A stretch of 64,000 bases of DNA from Botryllus schlosseri (Eukaryota): assembly GCA_051294905.1 (NCBI GenBank), contig CM119371.1, positions 8,744,001-8,808,000 on the forward strand, given 5' to 3'. This document shows positions 48,704 through 61,982 of this stretch, piece by piece. The translations under genes and the position numbers were made by a program. Below the pieces are notes generated by a model. The model was not told the DNA's origin, made no database searches, and saw only the letters and a list, made by a program, of their open reading frames with translations. The stretch's first letter is position 1, and the number at the start of each line of letters is the position of its first letter.

Positions 48704-50911
48704 GACAACGTAGCCTGTGATCAATTAGTTTGCATAGCGCAGCCAGTGTATTCTTTGTGGTGACGTAATAAAATGAGTGATACTCGAATACTCGATTCGA
48801 CTCGTAACACGCGATTCAGGATCGAATCACTCAGGTACTCTATTTTGCCCAGCCCTAGCTATTAATTGCGGCCGTAACATCAATTTTGATTTTTCAAATG
48901 TGGGGGAGATGTGGTACCGATAAGACACTGGGGCCGAAAATACTTGAAAAATTATCCGTGATAACCCCCTGATTTCAATACGCGACTTTGTCTACAATAG
49001 CATGCTGGCAAAATCTTTCCTCACATGCAAAAAACTTCGCCCTGCGTGAGCTATGGGGTCTGTGACAAATGAATTACTTTAGGGAGTGCAAAGTAAATTT
49101 GGATCGACATATACATTTTTCTATATCACCGTCCCGACTAACTATAATTTCTGATGTGAATTATGGGGTGATGTGAATTATGGGGTTTGTATCAGGGTAA
49201 GTATTGGCACATATTTTTGAATCAATACTATCCTCGAGTTGACTATTTTCAATTCAATTACAATAGTAATAGGGCGCGGGGCCTATGGTACCATAGCCAA
49301 ATAGCCGGGGCCTTGGCCAAGATTACCGCGGTAAAGCTTGCCAGTAGATTGCTTCATGGAGCTGATTGACATTCTTCTTGCTCCGAACGGTTGTCCACTT
49401 CGGTCACTTCACCTACAAATACACACAACGATAACACAGATTCCGAACGGCGATAGCCGGGGCAGCACAAACCTGCTGAGGGAGTTTGTTAGTAAAATGC
49501 CGACATCGACGGAAGCTAATATATAGTCAGCCAGACGAAATTGGTTGATGATTACGTGACGATCAATTAGACGCTGATTACTGCATGAGACAGTCTGTGT
49601 TTTGCGACGGCAATGATTCAATTAGACTCAACCTTGTCCTTTCTTAACCAAAGTATCGCTTACCAGTGCACATACATTGGTGGCCAACTGATATTAACGA
49701 TACAACGACGTGATAACTGAATTCCGAATGGAATATCAATTGTAATTTTTTCGTTTCAACTCTGCAGTTAGGTGAAATAACATATCTTCAAAGCGTTACG
49801 CTGTATCGAATAATTATTATGGTTAGAGGAAATATGACTTTTAATTGTAAAGTTACTGTAAATTTTACACATGGACCCAACAAATTCGAGTTTAAATCCA
49901 CTTACATCACCGTTCTATGTACGGGTGCGGAGAGGCGCAGCGATGCATCGACACCATCCCGTGCCAATTGATCCACGGTCGTTCTGGGTGGCACCACACA
50001 TTTGTCGCAAAATTCCTATACTGTGCCAACACAGAGCTTTACCTCTTTTCGTACATTTTAACGATCAGCAAAAGCCGTTAACTACTTCGGAAATGGTATG
50101 AAAAAATATCCTTACCCGGGGTTGATAGCTGACACAGAAGGAGACAGTTTATGATTAAGTTCATCTTATCATGAACCGATCCAAGTTAAAATAAATACGT
50201 TAGGGATGGTGCGAACCCCTTATAGGTTCTCGTTCGTCTGAGCACCAACTTTTATAGAAGCTCCGCTGTATACACGTACATCAACACGAACACCTAACCA
50301 TTTTGCCTTCACAGTAATATTTCACAGACAAATTTCGTAATCGAAAAATCACAAATCACAAATAGATAATTGATCACAACACATGGGGTATGAAACTGGG
50401 GCCCGTGAAAGGGCAATGTCGAAATACAACACCAAGAAATTACAAAATCAGGTTATCCACTTTGGTTAACTTTTTAAAGTTATTACCAAGCTTATTATAG
50501 GTAGGCCTATAGTATATCCTAAATTGAGTGGAGCATGATGTGATGACCCTTTTTTACGAATCGGGTAGCTTTCTAAACATTACACTGCCGATTCACCTCG
50601 AATTAAAACAATTCTCTGAATTTTGAACGCTGATATAGGTCAGCACCTTTGCCCACACCTACCTATGACGCATTTGTAATGTCGAATACTAAATAAAAAC
50701 ACCCCAAAGATCCGAGAAAAATGGCAAATAAGCCCCGGATTGAAAATCACTGATCCAGGTCAAGGTAAGATATTCTCGTTTCGGGTGAGAGGTACCGGTT
50801 TCTGATCCTGGAATAACGCTAACCTTGAATAACGTGGCAATTTCCGCAACCGTCTTTCAATCATATTTGTTACTGACTTGAATTTCTTTCACTGTCAGCA
50901 AGTACCGTGTC

Positions 50912-51041
50912 GCCTCGTTGGTCTAGGGCCGGGTGGGGCAAACTACGCATGGACTCAAATGTTGCATGCGGCCCGCGAGCCTAAAAGTTTGCCTACACCT
51001 GGTCTAGGGGTATGGTTCCCGCTTCGGTTGCGAGAGGTCCC
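50912..51041 (+). pseudogene. tRNA-Pro(CGG) pseudogene split by a 73-bp hAT MITE (50929-51001) and 3'-truncated
   Basis: GCCTCGTTG-GTCTAGGG|CCGGGTGGGGCAAAC...GTTTGCCTACACCTG|GTCTAGGG-GTATGGTTCCCGCTTCGGTTGCGAGAGGTCCC. Confidence 0.8.
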
Positions 51042-51084
51042 TTTTGTAAAAAAACAATGGTCAAACTGACTGTATGGTTTAGAT

Positions 51085-51456
51085 CTGTGGTTCCCAACCT
51101 TTTTCGACTAATCTATCCCTTATCCACTTCGACATAAATTTCATCACCTCCCCATATTTGCGGATACGAAAAAGAGGGCATATAATCGGGAAAATTATTG
51201 ACTTAAGTGTGATAGCTGGCAATTTTGCCAAAGTGGTAGGTGCTCGGAAAACCGGTTGTCGCGTCTACTTCTCATTGAGTTGACCTTTTTTCGCGACGTA
51301 TGCAGAATAAGCCGTCTTCGGGTGCATGTTTTGACCGTGTCAATTAAATATATATCAATGGACGTTCTAATATTTTCAGCCCCATCGCCTACCAGTCGCT
51401 CCCTTTGGTATTTTCGTTCCCTTGTGTGGCGATATCGTCCATGTTGGAAACCACTG
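51085..51456. mobile_element. family-A hAT MITE (paralog of 1711-2091, same flanks)
   Basis: GTTTAGAT|CTGTGGTTCCCAACC...GTTGGAAACCACTG|GTTAGAC; aligns end to end with 1711-2091. Confidence 0.85.
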
Positions 51457-51731
51457 GTTAGACCATTTCCTTCAGCCTTAAGGTATGGTTCATGGTTCAC
51501 GATTCAGGTTCGCGTGCTGCTCCAAGATTCAAATTGCTGACCAGCGCTAACGTTTATTAGCATGACTATTTCTGGCGCTGGGCTGATTTCAAAATCAACG
51601 TCTTGTTAGTTGGGAGAATCAGTTTCATTGCAGGTGTGTCCAACCTATCGCGGGGTCTGATGCTCGCTTTGGGTGCGTGAGATCCCCATTTTAAATGCCG
51701 GAGCATTCCTCGTTTCACATAACGCCACCGG

Positions 51732-52113
51732 GGAAGCGAGTGGCGCAGTTGGTTAAACACTGCAGTCACGACACCAATGGTTACTGGTTCGAGTCTCGGC
51801 TCTGCCATGTTTCTATGTGTCGGAGGTTTATCTGGGCTCCTCATCGCCGATCCCGCTGTATATACAGCGCCTTGAAAAGCCCAGAGAAAGAGAGAGCCGA
51901 ACTCCCGAAAGATGGCATCAAAAGACTAAGTTGCGGGCGCATGAAAATCGAGAGAGACTGATGGTGGAAGAGCGCGTGCACGGAAGTCGTCCGTAATCTG
52001 ACGAAAAAGACCGTAAAAGACCGTCGAAATTACTGAAATTGATGTACTGGGCGCAAATGACCTTTTAGGCGATAAGCGCCAAAGTTGTGCGAATAAAACA
52101 AACAAACAAACAA
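51732..52113 (+). mobile_element. tRNA-derived SINE with (AAAC)n tail
   Basis: A-box TGGCGCAGTTGG (51741), B-box GGTTCGAGTC (51786), tail AATAAAACAAACAAACAAAC, and 15-bp TSD ACATAACGCCACCGG (51717-51731, 52114-52128). Confidence 0.88.
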
Positions 52114-52205
52114 ACATAACGCCACCGGTTATTTTCGTTTCGACTATCTTCAAATGGCATATGGTAACTGAGGTGACCTTATACACTGCAGCACAGCACT
52201 TTTTC

Positions 52206-53374
52206 GGCTCGTTGGTCTAGGGCAGGGGTCGGCAACCTTTTGGTAGTCACCGGCCAAATTTCGAGTGTGCAACTTTCTCGCGGGCCGGAATTTGTCGTAA
52301 TACTATATTTTATGCTCACTTCGGTATATCATCCTACATTGCTGCAATCTCAATCATACCAATAACAAAACACATTTATTTACACTTCAACAACGCAGAA
52401 TAAATGTGACAATTGACCCAGCTTTATTTGTGAAAGGTTTTCAACTTCTGGTAATAATTCAGATGAAGCAAGAATCAAACCATATATAAAATGGGCGTCC
52501 GGAATAGTGATCTTAGTTTGCTCTTCGTGAATTTCACTGTTGATAACTATTGTCAACATGCGTGCGTGCTACCAAAAATCGATGCAATTTATTTTGCATT
52601 GTTGGTCAAGCTGGGATAAAGAGCAATTTCAGGAATGTACTCTTTGTAAACTCATGCAGCGATATGCTCTTTGTATGAAATTGGTCATTCAATTCAACTG
52701 CATCGCATTTCAAAACGGCCCATTTGTAAATTTTCAGGCAATGGTATTGGCGTCCACATTGAACGGAATACTGAATAGTCGGAATTTATTTTGTAGAGAA
52801 GGAATTTAGGAAAAGCGGGTGAATATTCAGTAATCAAATTTCGTATCACAGTTACAAATGTAGTGTTTGTACTAGGTTTTCTTTCATCCAGAATAGGAAC
52901 GTGAGCATAATTTCTTTGTATTGTTGACATTCTCGGGGTCGCAGATTTGTTTCGAATGCGCCTCAACATCTCATGTATTCAGCTGTTTTCCCCCGAAGTT
53001 GCAAATCCAATTTGTTTAGATGAGACGTTAAATGTACAAAGAAAGCAAGATTAGATAACCATTTTCGATTACAAGATCTGTCTGCTCTACAGACAATCTC
53101 CATCTCTTACTTCAACCACCTTCGTTTTATGGCGTAACAGTAGATTAATACGATCTAGGCTACTTATATCGTAGCAATACCGCATTCTTCCCAAGCAGTG
53201 CTGCACTATAGATTGAAACTCATTATGAAACGGCGGGCCGTATTCTTGTGATAACTAATTATAATGTCGCGGGCCGGATCCGGCCCGCGGGCCGTAGGTT
53301 GCCGACCCTTGGTCTAGGTGTATGATTCTCGCTTAGGATGCGAGAGGTACCGGGTTCAAATCCCGGAGGAGCCC
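52206..53374 (+). pseudogene. tRNA-Pro(AGG) gene split by a hAT insertion
   Basis: 5' part GGCTCGTTGGTCTAGGG (52206-52222); 3' part GTCTAGGTGTATGATTCTCGCTTAGGATGCGAGAGGTACCGGGTTCAAATCCCGGAGGAGCCC (53312-53374). Confidence 0.88.
52223..53311 (-). mobile_element. deletion derivative of a Buster/Charlie-group hAT transposon
   Basis: TIRs CAGGGGTCGGCAACC/GGTTGCCGACCCTTG, TSD GTCTAGGG/GTCTAGGT. Minus-strand remnants LPENLQM and IASIFGSTHAC*Q*LSTVKFTKSKLRS resemble the C-terminus of GTF2IRD2/Buster-type transposases. Confidence 0.88.
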
Positions 53375-54474
53375 TCGTTTTGCACAAAGTGCCTTGTTTT
53401 AGTGACGACCCATTCCATTCACCGACATCATTACGCAATTCACGGACGCAGGACGTCTCTACTTTTTTCGGGCTATCAGGAATTCATTCGTTACTTCATG
53501 AATTTTGTCAATAATAACGGTACTTGCATGGTTTGCTATTGCTTTCACATCCGTCCTTCGCATTATAGGGATAATAAAAGTAGTGACATAAAAAAATTCC
53601 GGGCACGACACAATTAAACCATGCTCAATTGTTCATACCGCATGGTCAATACGATGCCTGAGTTTCTTGGGTTAGAAGTTTGTATATCTTACTCTGTTGA
53701 AGCATGTTCATATTTTGTTATTCTCAGGAAAGATTGTCGCTATAATTATATATCATATTGGTGTCAATCACACATTGGGCTACCTAACAAAACTACAAGA
53801 CAAGGCACTCGACTCCCGATTTGCATTTCTTCATGGGGTATATTATCCTGTTTTGAGGGTCCATTTTGTACCGCGTGACTCACATCGCAGGGTCACAACT
53901 ATTCGGCGCCAGCAGCTATCACCATCGAAGGTTTTGACCAAAGTGCGGAAGCCACGTTTTTTTGCCCTCCAATCTCTCGATCTCGACATCGCACTTTACG
54001 GATTCACGCATGCGCCGAAACTTCATACGTCTTGGCGTGTCCAGTGGTGGGATTTATTGCAAGCGCCGGAATTTTGGTGACTAATAGTCTTGCATCAACA
54101 GGATGCACGGCAAACCCTTTGACTCAAGCAGGTAATTGTCCGAATGACGGGACTTTTCACTGCATTTTTAACCTTCCTGAGCGTTTAGTCAGAATAAACT
54201 GGTTGCTGGGTTGCAAGGCGTCTGGATTAATCGGATTCCACTGTATTCCCTTTCCTCTGTAACAGTGTGCTGTTATATATCGCGTATACTATTCATTATT
54301 ACGCCACAACAAAATATCTCTTGATTTCAAATACCATTAACCGCATTGACGAACGCTCCCTCCTCGTTGGAGATGAATCTGTAGAATGAATTAGGAAATA
54401 TAATAAATATATTGCGTGTCGGGAAAACATTGGTTGTTAAATATCATTATAAATAATTTAGTATGTGCTTGCCA

Positions 54475-55350
54475 TAGGGTTACCCTATGTTCGGAGTCTG
54501 TAAATACGACCCTCTTTCAAAATTTTCAGACTTACAATACCGGAGTCGAATCCGGAAAATTGGTAACTTTATTCCGAGTCTGAAGTTGGTTGATTAAAAA
54601 TAAAACAGGTCATCCATCCGACTCGACTCCCGAAATAACCAACAGAAAATCCCACAAAAAGTGGGTGACTATTAAAAAGGCATCTTTCTGTTAAAACTCC
54701 CGAAAGATTCCACGCCAGACCGATACTTGAGTACTGATTTCTTATATCTCAGTCGATTTCTCACATACATTTGACCCAATTTTTTAAAAAAGAGGATATT
54801 TTGACGTTCTACGAGGAGACCTTCAAATAAGTAAAAAGAGATGACATATCGTATTCAAAGAGAACGTATGGTAACCCTAGCTTACCACGAATACGAGAAA
54901 ACGACTGATAAAACAACGGGGGTTGATGTCCTCTTAAACCATTGTATTTATCCAAGTCGCATTTTCACATACATTTAACCAAAATTTTAAAAAGAGGATA
55001 TTTGGGCGTCCTCCGAGTGGACGTTCAAAAAAATTCAAAAAGAGGACAAATTCTCTTAGACGAGGACGTATGGTAACCTTAGCTTACCATGAATAACAGA
55101 AAACGAATGGCAAAACAAAGGGGGTTGATCTCCACTCAAACCAATGTATTTATCTCAGTCAAATTTTCATACATTTACCCAAAATTAAAAAAAAAGTATA
55201 TCTGGCGTCTTCGGAGGAGACTTTAAAAAAAGGCAAAGAATAGGAAAAAGTCTCCTAAAAGGGGACGTATGGTAACCCTAGCTTGCCATGAATAAGAGAA
55301 AACGATTGGTAAAGCAACGGTGGCTGATCTCCACTAAAAAAAATGTATCT
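54475..55350. repeat. hAT-like MITE (TAGGGTTACC...GGTAACCCTA) whose right end plus flank is tandemly triplicated (~200-bp unit)
   Basis: Left TSD GCTTGCCA (54467-54474). Right termini at 54879, 55081 and 55280 are each followed by GCTT(A/G)CCA. Confidence 0.8.
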
Positions 55351-56391
55351 ATGAACATGCTCCGATAAAATAAACCCGACAGACTCAACACTTTGTGGCA
55401 TAATTACGGACAATCTCTCCTCTACATGAAGTCCGTATGTTAGCAACCAAACCTATGCTAATAGTTGATTCAAAACCATCGTTCGAAACCGTCGTCGGTG
55501 AAGTTTTGTACAGCTACCAAATGCTGGCAACTAATTCCGGAAACTACATTTTTTTCATCAAAAATTTTATTAGAACGATAAAAACGGCATAGAAAATTGT
55601 TTCACTATAAAGTCGAAACAGTCAAATAAAAAATTGAAGGAAAATAAAATCCTCAATATAGTGACAAATTACACATGGGCTCTTAGAGATAACTCAACAA
55701 CATCGTAAAAAATCAGTGATTGCTCAATCCGGCCTGGATTCCATTCGTCTCGCATATTAGACAAAAATATACCACACATTTCCAAATATCTTTGTGCAAA
55801 AATTAGGGTTGTGATTGGTGGAGTGACACACGTTACAATTACCCACTATCGGCAAATGTGGTTCGATTTGAAATATTCTTTCAAGTAGCATTCGCTTCCT
55901 ATTTTGATGAAACGGCTTTCACAGACTCTGGTAGCTGTTGCGACAGCTGAATCCGGCGCGCCCAGTACCGATCGGATATTTTTACTGGTCGACATCAATA
56001 ACCAAATAAATAATATTCACAAAAAAGAGTACACATATTCTAGGAATTTTTTCAGACGTTACGATTCCCTGCAATCCACCCACAAAATAGACTCTTACTC
56101 ATGGCCACGACACACGTATAGCACCTGACTATGGTGGTTGTCTTCAACATCCCAAGGAATAGCTTTAATGTTCCAGCGAGCAATTCTTTTGCCAGAAAAT
56201 TGGAAGAGTCAACTGATTTCAACTTCAAACTCCCAATGTCGGATTTCATGTATGTGTCGACCCGAAATGACGGAAACTTTTTTCGTCAGTTCGATCGTGG
56301 TTATGTGCAATGGTGACCAACCAGGAAACGCCCCGCGAGAACACGGGAGTACCAGAGATTAGCAAATTTGCGAAACCGCAGCCGTTCCAAG

Positions 56392-56723
56392 TCAATGTTT
56401 ATCTGGATTACGCGGGATGGCGGGAAAAAGTCTATGCAACATACTGACGTCACGGGTGCTTCCTTGTCGTCTCCGATTGTATTCGGCGTGATCGTCCATA
56501 ATTCCTCTTAAGAATGATGTAGAATCCTCTGATGTGTGAGCTGGAGCGACAGTAAACATGTCGTCCACGCTTGAAGTTGCCGTATTGGGCAGCCTCGTGC
56601 CGTCGAATTTGAGGACTAGATTGATAAATTCGGGTTGCTGTACAACGTCGATGTCATCTGTTGCAATCATTCGTGCCAAATCATTTCCGATGTTATTTCC
56701 GAAATGACGTCCTTCATGCAGCA
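56392..56723 (-). CDS. candidate terminal exon of an unidentified minus-strand gene
   Basis: About 110 open codons of protein-like composition after the minus-strand acceptor CTCCTATTTTTAG|. No recognisable domain. Confidence 0.35.
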
Positions 56724-57944
56724 CTAAAAATAGGAGCACGTGGTAGCTGTACCGCACTCCTGTAATATCAGAATATTTGGAGAACACATTAGTTAAATGT
56801 AAATATTTCACAAGGATTGACTCATGTTCTGAGTTATATTCAAATCGTGCAAAAAGAGGAATCGGTAATGGTAGGCTTTAGGTTGATCTTACCCACGTAC
56901 ATTTGCAACACATAAACAACAAGTTTAACTGCTTTTCGCACTACAAGATAGCAATGCCAAAAGGAAGGTACGGCTCACCTATGGAATAAAGCTGTTGCAA
57001 GGATTTTCAATCTGGTGGGCCATGACTTTTTTCTCTCTATTTTTCTAGTAGTTACGCTATGTTGCCAAGAAACCGCGCTGTGAATTGGCGAGTGCGCGCA
57101 TACTCGTGAAAAATTAGAGGAAACCTTGCTTACAGGTGCATCTTTTCGGGGACGTAGAGGTATTCGGAAAGTGATAGCATTCCCGACACATTCGACATAG
57201 CGTATATTATTCCTATTGTCGTAGTATATACGTTACGGTTGCATTTAAAACAAACGTGTTTAAAACAAGGCCCTTGTTAAAACATGTTCTTTGTTTTTAA
57301 GCCATGTCGTCCATGTCGTCATCATGTCGTAAGCCATGATGTCATAGTGGATTAACATCCACAATCGAAAATATAGGCTCCTTTGACGAAATAGGCTTCG
57401 TAACCCTGTAATGTGCGGACCAAGAATATCTTTAACCAGGACTACATCGTCATGCAGCTATGTACTGTCAGCGGTCATCATCATCAGAATATTCTTTCCG
57501 TACCCATGATCGATATCCACGTACTGGAGCTGTTGAACCGACTATTTTGAGGGTTCCAACCATCCCATATCGTCAGGGCATGGTATGGTATGGTATGAAA
57601 TGGAAGTGGAATCTTCCATACTCCATACCTGCCCAATCGTTCCATACCATATTTGACAGTTTTCCATACCGTAGCAACATTCTTCCATACCCTATTTGAT
57701 ACTTTTTCCATACTTTCGCAACTTGCCCAACCTCTCAAGTGATATTCTATTTTTGAAGTGTGGGAATGTTCCGGCGTTTTATTCTAATTATTTTGGATGA
57801 AATTACCCATTTAAACAGCTCCGAGGGACCAAAGATATCCCCATTTTCTTTCTGTCGTTAGCGATGCAGGAACGCATAATATATACACACGGGATTATTT
57901 GGAAATCAAAATAGAATACCACTGCATCTAAATCTAGTGTGCTA

Positions 57945-58837
57945 TAGGGATGGTGTGAACCTCTGAAAGGTTCAGGTTCGTGTGAACGCGAACCTTTTCG
58001 AAAGGTTCTGTGTGAACGCTAACGTGAACCTCATGACGTCACGTGACGTCATATTGCTAATTACAACCCTACATTTCAGTGACGTGATAGCCTATTTTAA
58101 TGTACACGATATCTAGCGACGACTCGGGCACATAATGCCACCGTTAAAGTACTTATTGAATGTATCAAATGTATTAAGTGGGGCAATCCAATGATATAAT
58201 AATCCAATAAAATCAATATCTTTCGTCGCTTTGCCAATAATTTCGACGAGTACTGGAAGGGAATATATGCTTACGCCTTGGCGGTCTAGGCCAGACAGGA
58301 CAATGTACTTGGCGTCGAGTATTGCGATGTTGATATTGAGCAAAGTGTAAAACGGGGTTCTATATACTTGCTACCGATATTACCCCATTAACAAGTTATA
58401 CAGCAGTAGTCAACAACCCAATCACTCGTCTACTAGATTTTTTACATCAGAGAGTCACTAAATATTCACAAACTGAAAGCTGGATATTTCGAGCAAACTT
58501 TTGTAACAAAGCAAGTAAAAGTTTTGAAATTTTCAGTCAGGGATATCTAGATAGATAGATAGATATCTAGATAGATAGTTTCTAGATATCCCTGTTTTCA
58601 GTGTGCATACCCGTTTAGTGTTGATTTTTCTATGCTGTAAGCGCCAATAATAGAGTTGCCTGCAGTTGAAATGCAATAAATTTCAACCAATGATGTTATA
58701 ATGAAGTGAAAATTGCAATATATGAAAAAGGTTCACAGTGCAGAACCTACCAAGGTTCGTTTGTGAACGTGAACCTTTAAATTTGTGAGGTTCACACACA
58801 GAACGCGAACGTGAACCTCAAGCTCACACCATCCCTA
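57945..58837. mobile_element. hAT-like MITE (TAGGGATGGTGTGA TIRs, GAACC/GAACG repeats), copy 1
   Basis: TIRs present; partial TSD GTGCTA; inverted homolog of 61035-61884. Confidence 0.8.
58538..58594. mobile_element. 57-bp minimal TIR element nested in the MITE
   Basis: 14-bp TIRs CAGGGATATCTAGA/TCTAGATATCCCTG around (TAGA)n, perfect TSD TTTTCAGT. Confidence 0.8.
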
Positions 58838-59826
58838 GTGCTAACGCACTGCTAGCAGTAACATCTACAAAACTACATAAAACAAACATATCGTCAAATT
58901 ATAAGATAGGTTCCCAACCTTTATACACTTTAAAATTGTTCCTCCAATAAAATTTGATAAGACTTTCTTTTGTAAGGACCCGCTAGTGGTGAAAGTTTTT
59001 TTGAAACTTTAAAATTATTATGGATTTTCGTTGATAATCCTCGGATTATCCAGCAATTGAGGATAATCCGAGAAATATTAACGGAAAATTCCATAAACTC
59101 CGCTTCTACTAGTTGGAATTGAGTCAAATTTGTTTTGCATCGTCTCTGAAGACAGCTCAACAATCACATGGGGTTGACAGAAAAATTTGAATTTTTTTTT
59201 TGAATTTTCCTGTTTAAATTTTAAAAAATTAATTGGATCTGCGGAGCCCTATACTTGTTAGAATTGAACCAAATTTGGTGTGAAGCGATTTTCAAGGTAA
59301 CCTGACAATTTGATAACTGAACGACTGGAATCCAGAAAAATAAGTTATTTTTGAACGGCCCTAATGTACATATATGTCTAATTCAAGATACAATTGGCGT
59401 ATTTGGTGCATAATAAGTTATGTCTTGTAGCAGGTCACATTGCCCTGTGATCAGTATACACGTATTGACCACGTTCCAGTGAATATCATGGAATAACCAT
59501 CACTATAGGGATGACTATCGAACTATCGACACCCCTACTATATAGGAAGTTGCCGGAATTCTAACGCAGGGTGCCCTATGAGACTTTCTAAAGGACTCAA
59601 CCGATTTTTTTTTTGAAGATGGACTGAGAAGGAGCTATAGATGACAATGATTGCGAGTTGATGAAGATGTAGCGGAACGACCACTGACACGTTTAGCATT
59701 TTAGAATGCATTCATAATTTGGAAACAGAATTGAATTAAATCGATGTTACCATTTGTCCGTTTCGACTGGAGCAGGTCTCCGTGAACGGCGCTCATATCC
59801 GACGGCCCTCCAACAGGCAAGCTTAC

Positions 59827-59873
59827 ACCTTTCTCGCCGGTTCGGTCACGTGTTGATCCATCCGACAGTTTGA
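59827..59873 (-). CDS. candidate internal exon (VKLSDGSTRDRTGEKG) of unidentified minus-strand gene
   Basis: Acceptor TTCTTTCCTTCTCTAG|, donor |GTAAGC, phase-compatible with 60400-60495. Confidence 0.45.
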
Positions 59874-60399
59874 CTAGAGAAGGAAAGAACCAGCAAGTAT
59901 CACCTTTTATCAACTTAAAAGTTGCGGATTGCTGAGCGCGGGAACTTCTCATTTTTGGGGTCATTTGGTCTCTTAGTAGCAACTTTGAATGGATTCCTCA
60001 AATGAATTAGCTAGACAAAGACCCAGACGGAAAGGTCGACCATAACGAAAAAACCATACTTTATGCTATATTGTCAAAACTACGCCACACGGGTCACGAA
60101 CCCAAGCTTAGAATTTCACAGCTATAAGAGGGATATGCAGGAAGGCTAAATGCAGTACTTGGGCATGGGCATATCATATCGTGTTGCTATGGATTGTATT
60201 GAGCTTACTTTTCGGAAAGGGTTATATACATTTCGAGATATCAGGCCCATATGGACTATAAAGACCATAAACATCTGAATGACTGGTCTCGTGATGAGCC
60301 GAGTAACTTGGAAGGAATCAACCATGGTATACTGACGAACAATTAAATTACCTTTTATTAGGTTTCATCTATAACTCAATTCGATTTTTAATATCTTAC

Positions 60400-60495
60400 C
60401 GTCATCGCTAGCTGGAATAATGGAGGAACCGGTACCGTAGCTCTGTCCTGTATATCCACGGTAACGCTTGTCGGGATATTGTTTCTTGTAGCTAC
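60400..60495 (-). CDS. candidate internal exon (SYKKQYPDKRYRGYTGQSYGTGSSIIPASDD) of unidentified minus-strand gene
   Basis: CAG| acceptor, ACG|GTAAG donor, 96 nt open, phase 1-1. Confidence 0.5.
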
Positions 60496-61034
60496 CTGAC
60501 ATTACTTAGGCTCCGGATGGATTGCAAAGTTCGATCGATACTATATCTTATTCAATATGATAAAAACAATAGCTTCGCCTTGACTTATTAAAATATGTAT
60601 CCTGCTAATAGATATAGCGATGACACAATTTAGAACGCACGATAACCAGAGCACTACAAACCTATTATAAAATAGTTCAAAAGTTTTCTGACACGCGACA
60701 AAGCCAAAGTTGTTATCGGAGTGCTGACATCGATGCCAGCAAAGGTACAGTCAACTAGGCAGAAAAGGTTTGATAATTATGAGAGGAGCAATCAACCACT
60801 GATTACTACACGTGACCGTTGGTATTTGTTGTTGACGTGTAGTGCTCTTCGACCTTTTTTAAAGTTTTATAAACCCTTGACGATGCTCTGACAAGCTTAT
60901 GCACCCCTACCACGTTCACTCGATCGCGCCATGTAGATATGAAAATTAATATGCCCATAATTCACAACGATGTTGGACAGCTAATTCGATCGAGACGAAA
61001 TGACCGCTAGCTGTTGTAACAGCGAACTAGTTAG

Positions 61035-61884
61035 TAGGGATGGTGTGAACGTGAGGTTCACGTTCGCGTTCTGTGTCTGAACCTCGGAAATTTTGAGGTT
61101 CGCGTTCACAACAGAACCTTGGTAGTTTCTGCACTGTGAACCTTTTTCATATATATTACAATTTTCACTTCATTATAACTGATTAGGTTATATCCAGCTT
61201 TCCGTTTGTGAATATTTAGTGACTATCTGCTATGAGCTTGACCGGCAATCACACAACATCAATAGCGAAATACACTACATGTAGATAGCGAATGATGCTT
61301 ATTCAATTGATATCATTTTCTTATGTAAAAATCTAGCTAGCTTACGTGGTCAGTCTTCATATGTTTACTGTATCCTAAAAACGACATCCGTGCGATTGGG
61401 GTGTTGGCTATTGTTGTATAACTTGTTAGTGGGGTAATAGCGGTAGCAAGTATAGAAACCCGTTTTTACACTCTGCTCAATATCCGTGTAGCAATACTCA
61501 GACGCCGAATACATTTTCCGGTCTGGCCTGGACCGTTAAGCCGTAAGCTTATATTCCCTGGCAAGTCCTCGTCCAAATTGTCGGCAAAGCGACGGAAGAT
61601 ATTGATTTATGGGAATATTATATCATTTGATTGCCTCAGTTGATACATTTAGCGACGATTAAAATGTCAGTATGTACTTCAGCATTGTGCCATTATGTGG
61701 CCCGAGTCGTCGCTATGTATCGTGTACATTAATATAGGCTATCACTTCATTCAAATATAGGGCTGGAATTAGCAATATGACGTCACGTGACGTCATGAGG
61801 TTCACGTTCGCGTTCACACATAACCTTTCAAAAAGGTTCGCGTTCACACGAACCTGAACCTTTCAGAGGTTCACACCATCCCTA
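61035..61884. mobile_element. hAT-like MITE copy 2, inverted relative to 57945-58837
   Basis: TIRs TAGGGATGGTGTGAAC/GTTCACACCATCCCTA, perfect TSD CTAGTTAG. Confidence 0.88.
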
Positions 61885-61945
61885 CTAGTTAGAGATATGC
61901 GTCCCAAATGACTGATATACAAACATATCATATATTATCACTTAC

Positions 61946-61982
61946 CATGGCACTTGGACGGATTGCTCACAGCGTTGTGAAC
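61946..61982 (-). CDS. candidate internal exon (VHNAVSNPSKCH) of unidentified minus-strand gene
   Basis: TAG| acceptor, strong donor ATG|GTAAGT, ends in phase 1 matching 60495. Confidence 0.4.

Noticed and set aside
53860..54260. GC-richer coding-looking segment
   Set aside because: Stops in the plausible frames and no recognisable motif.
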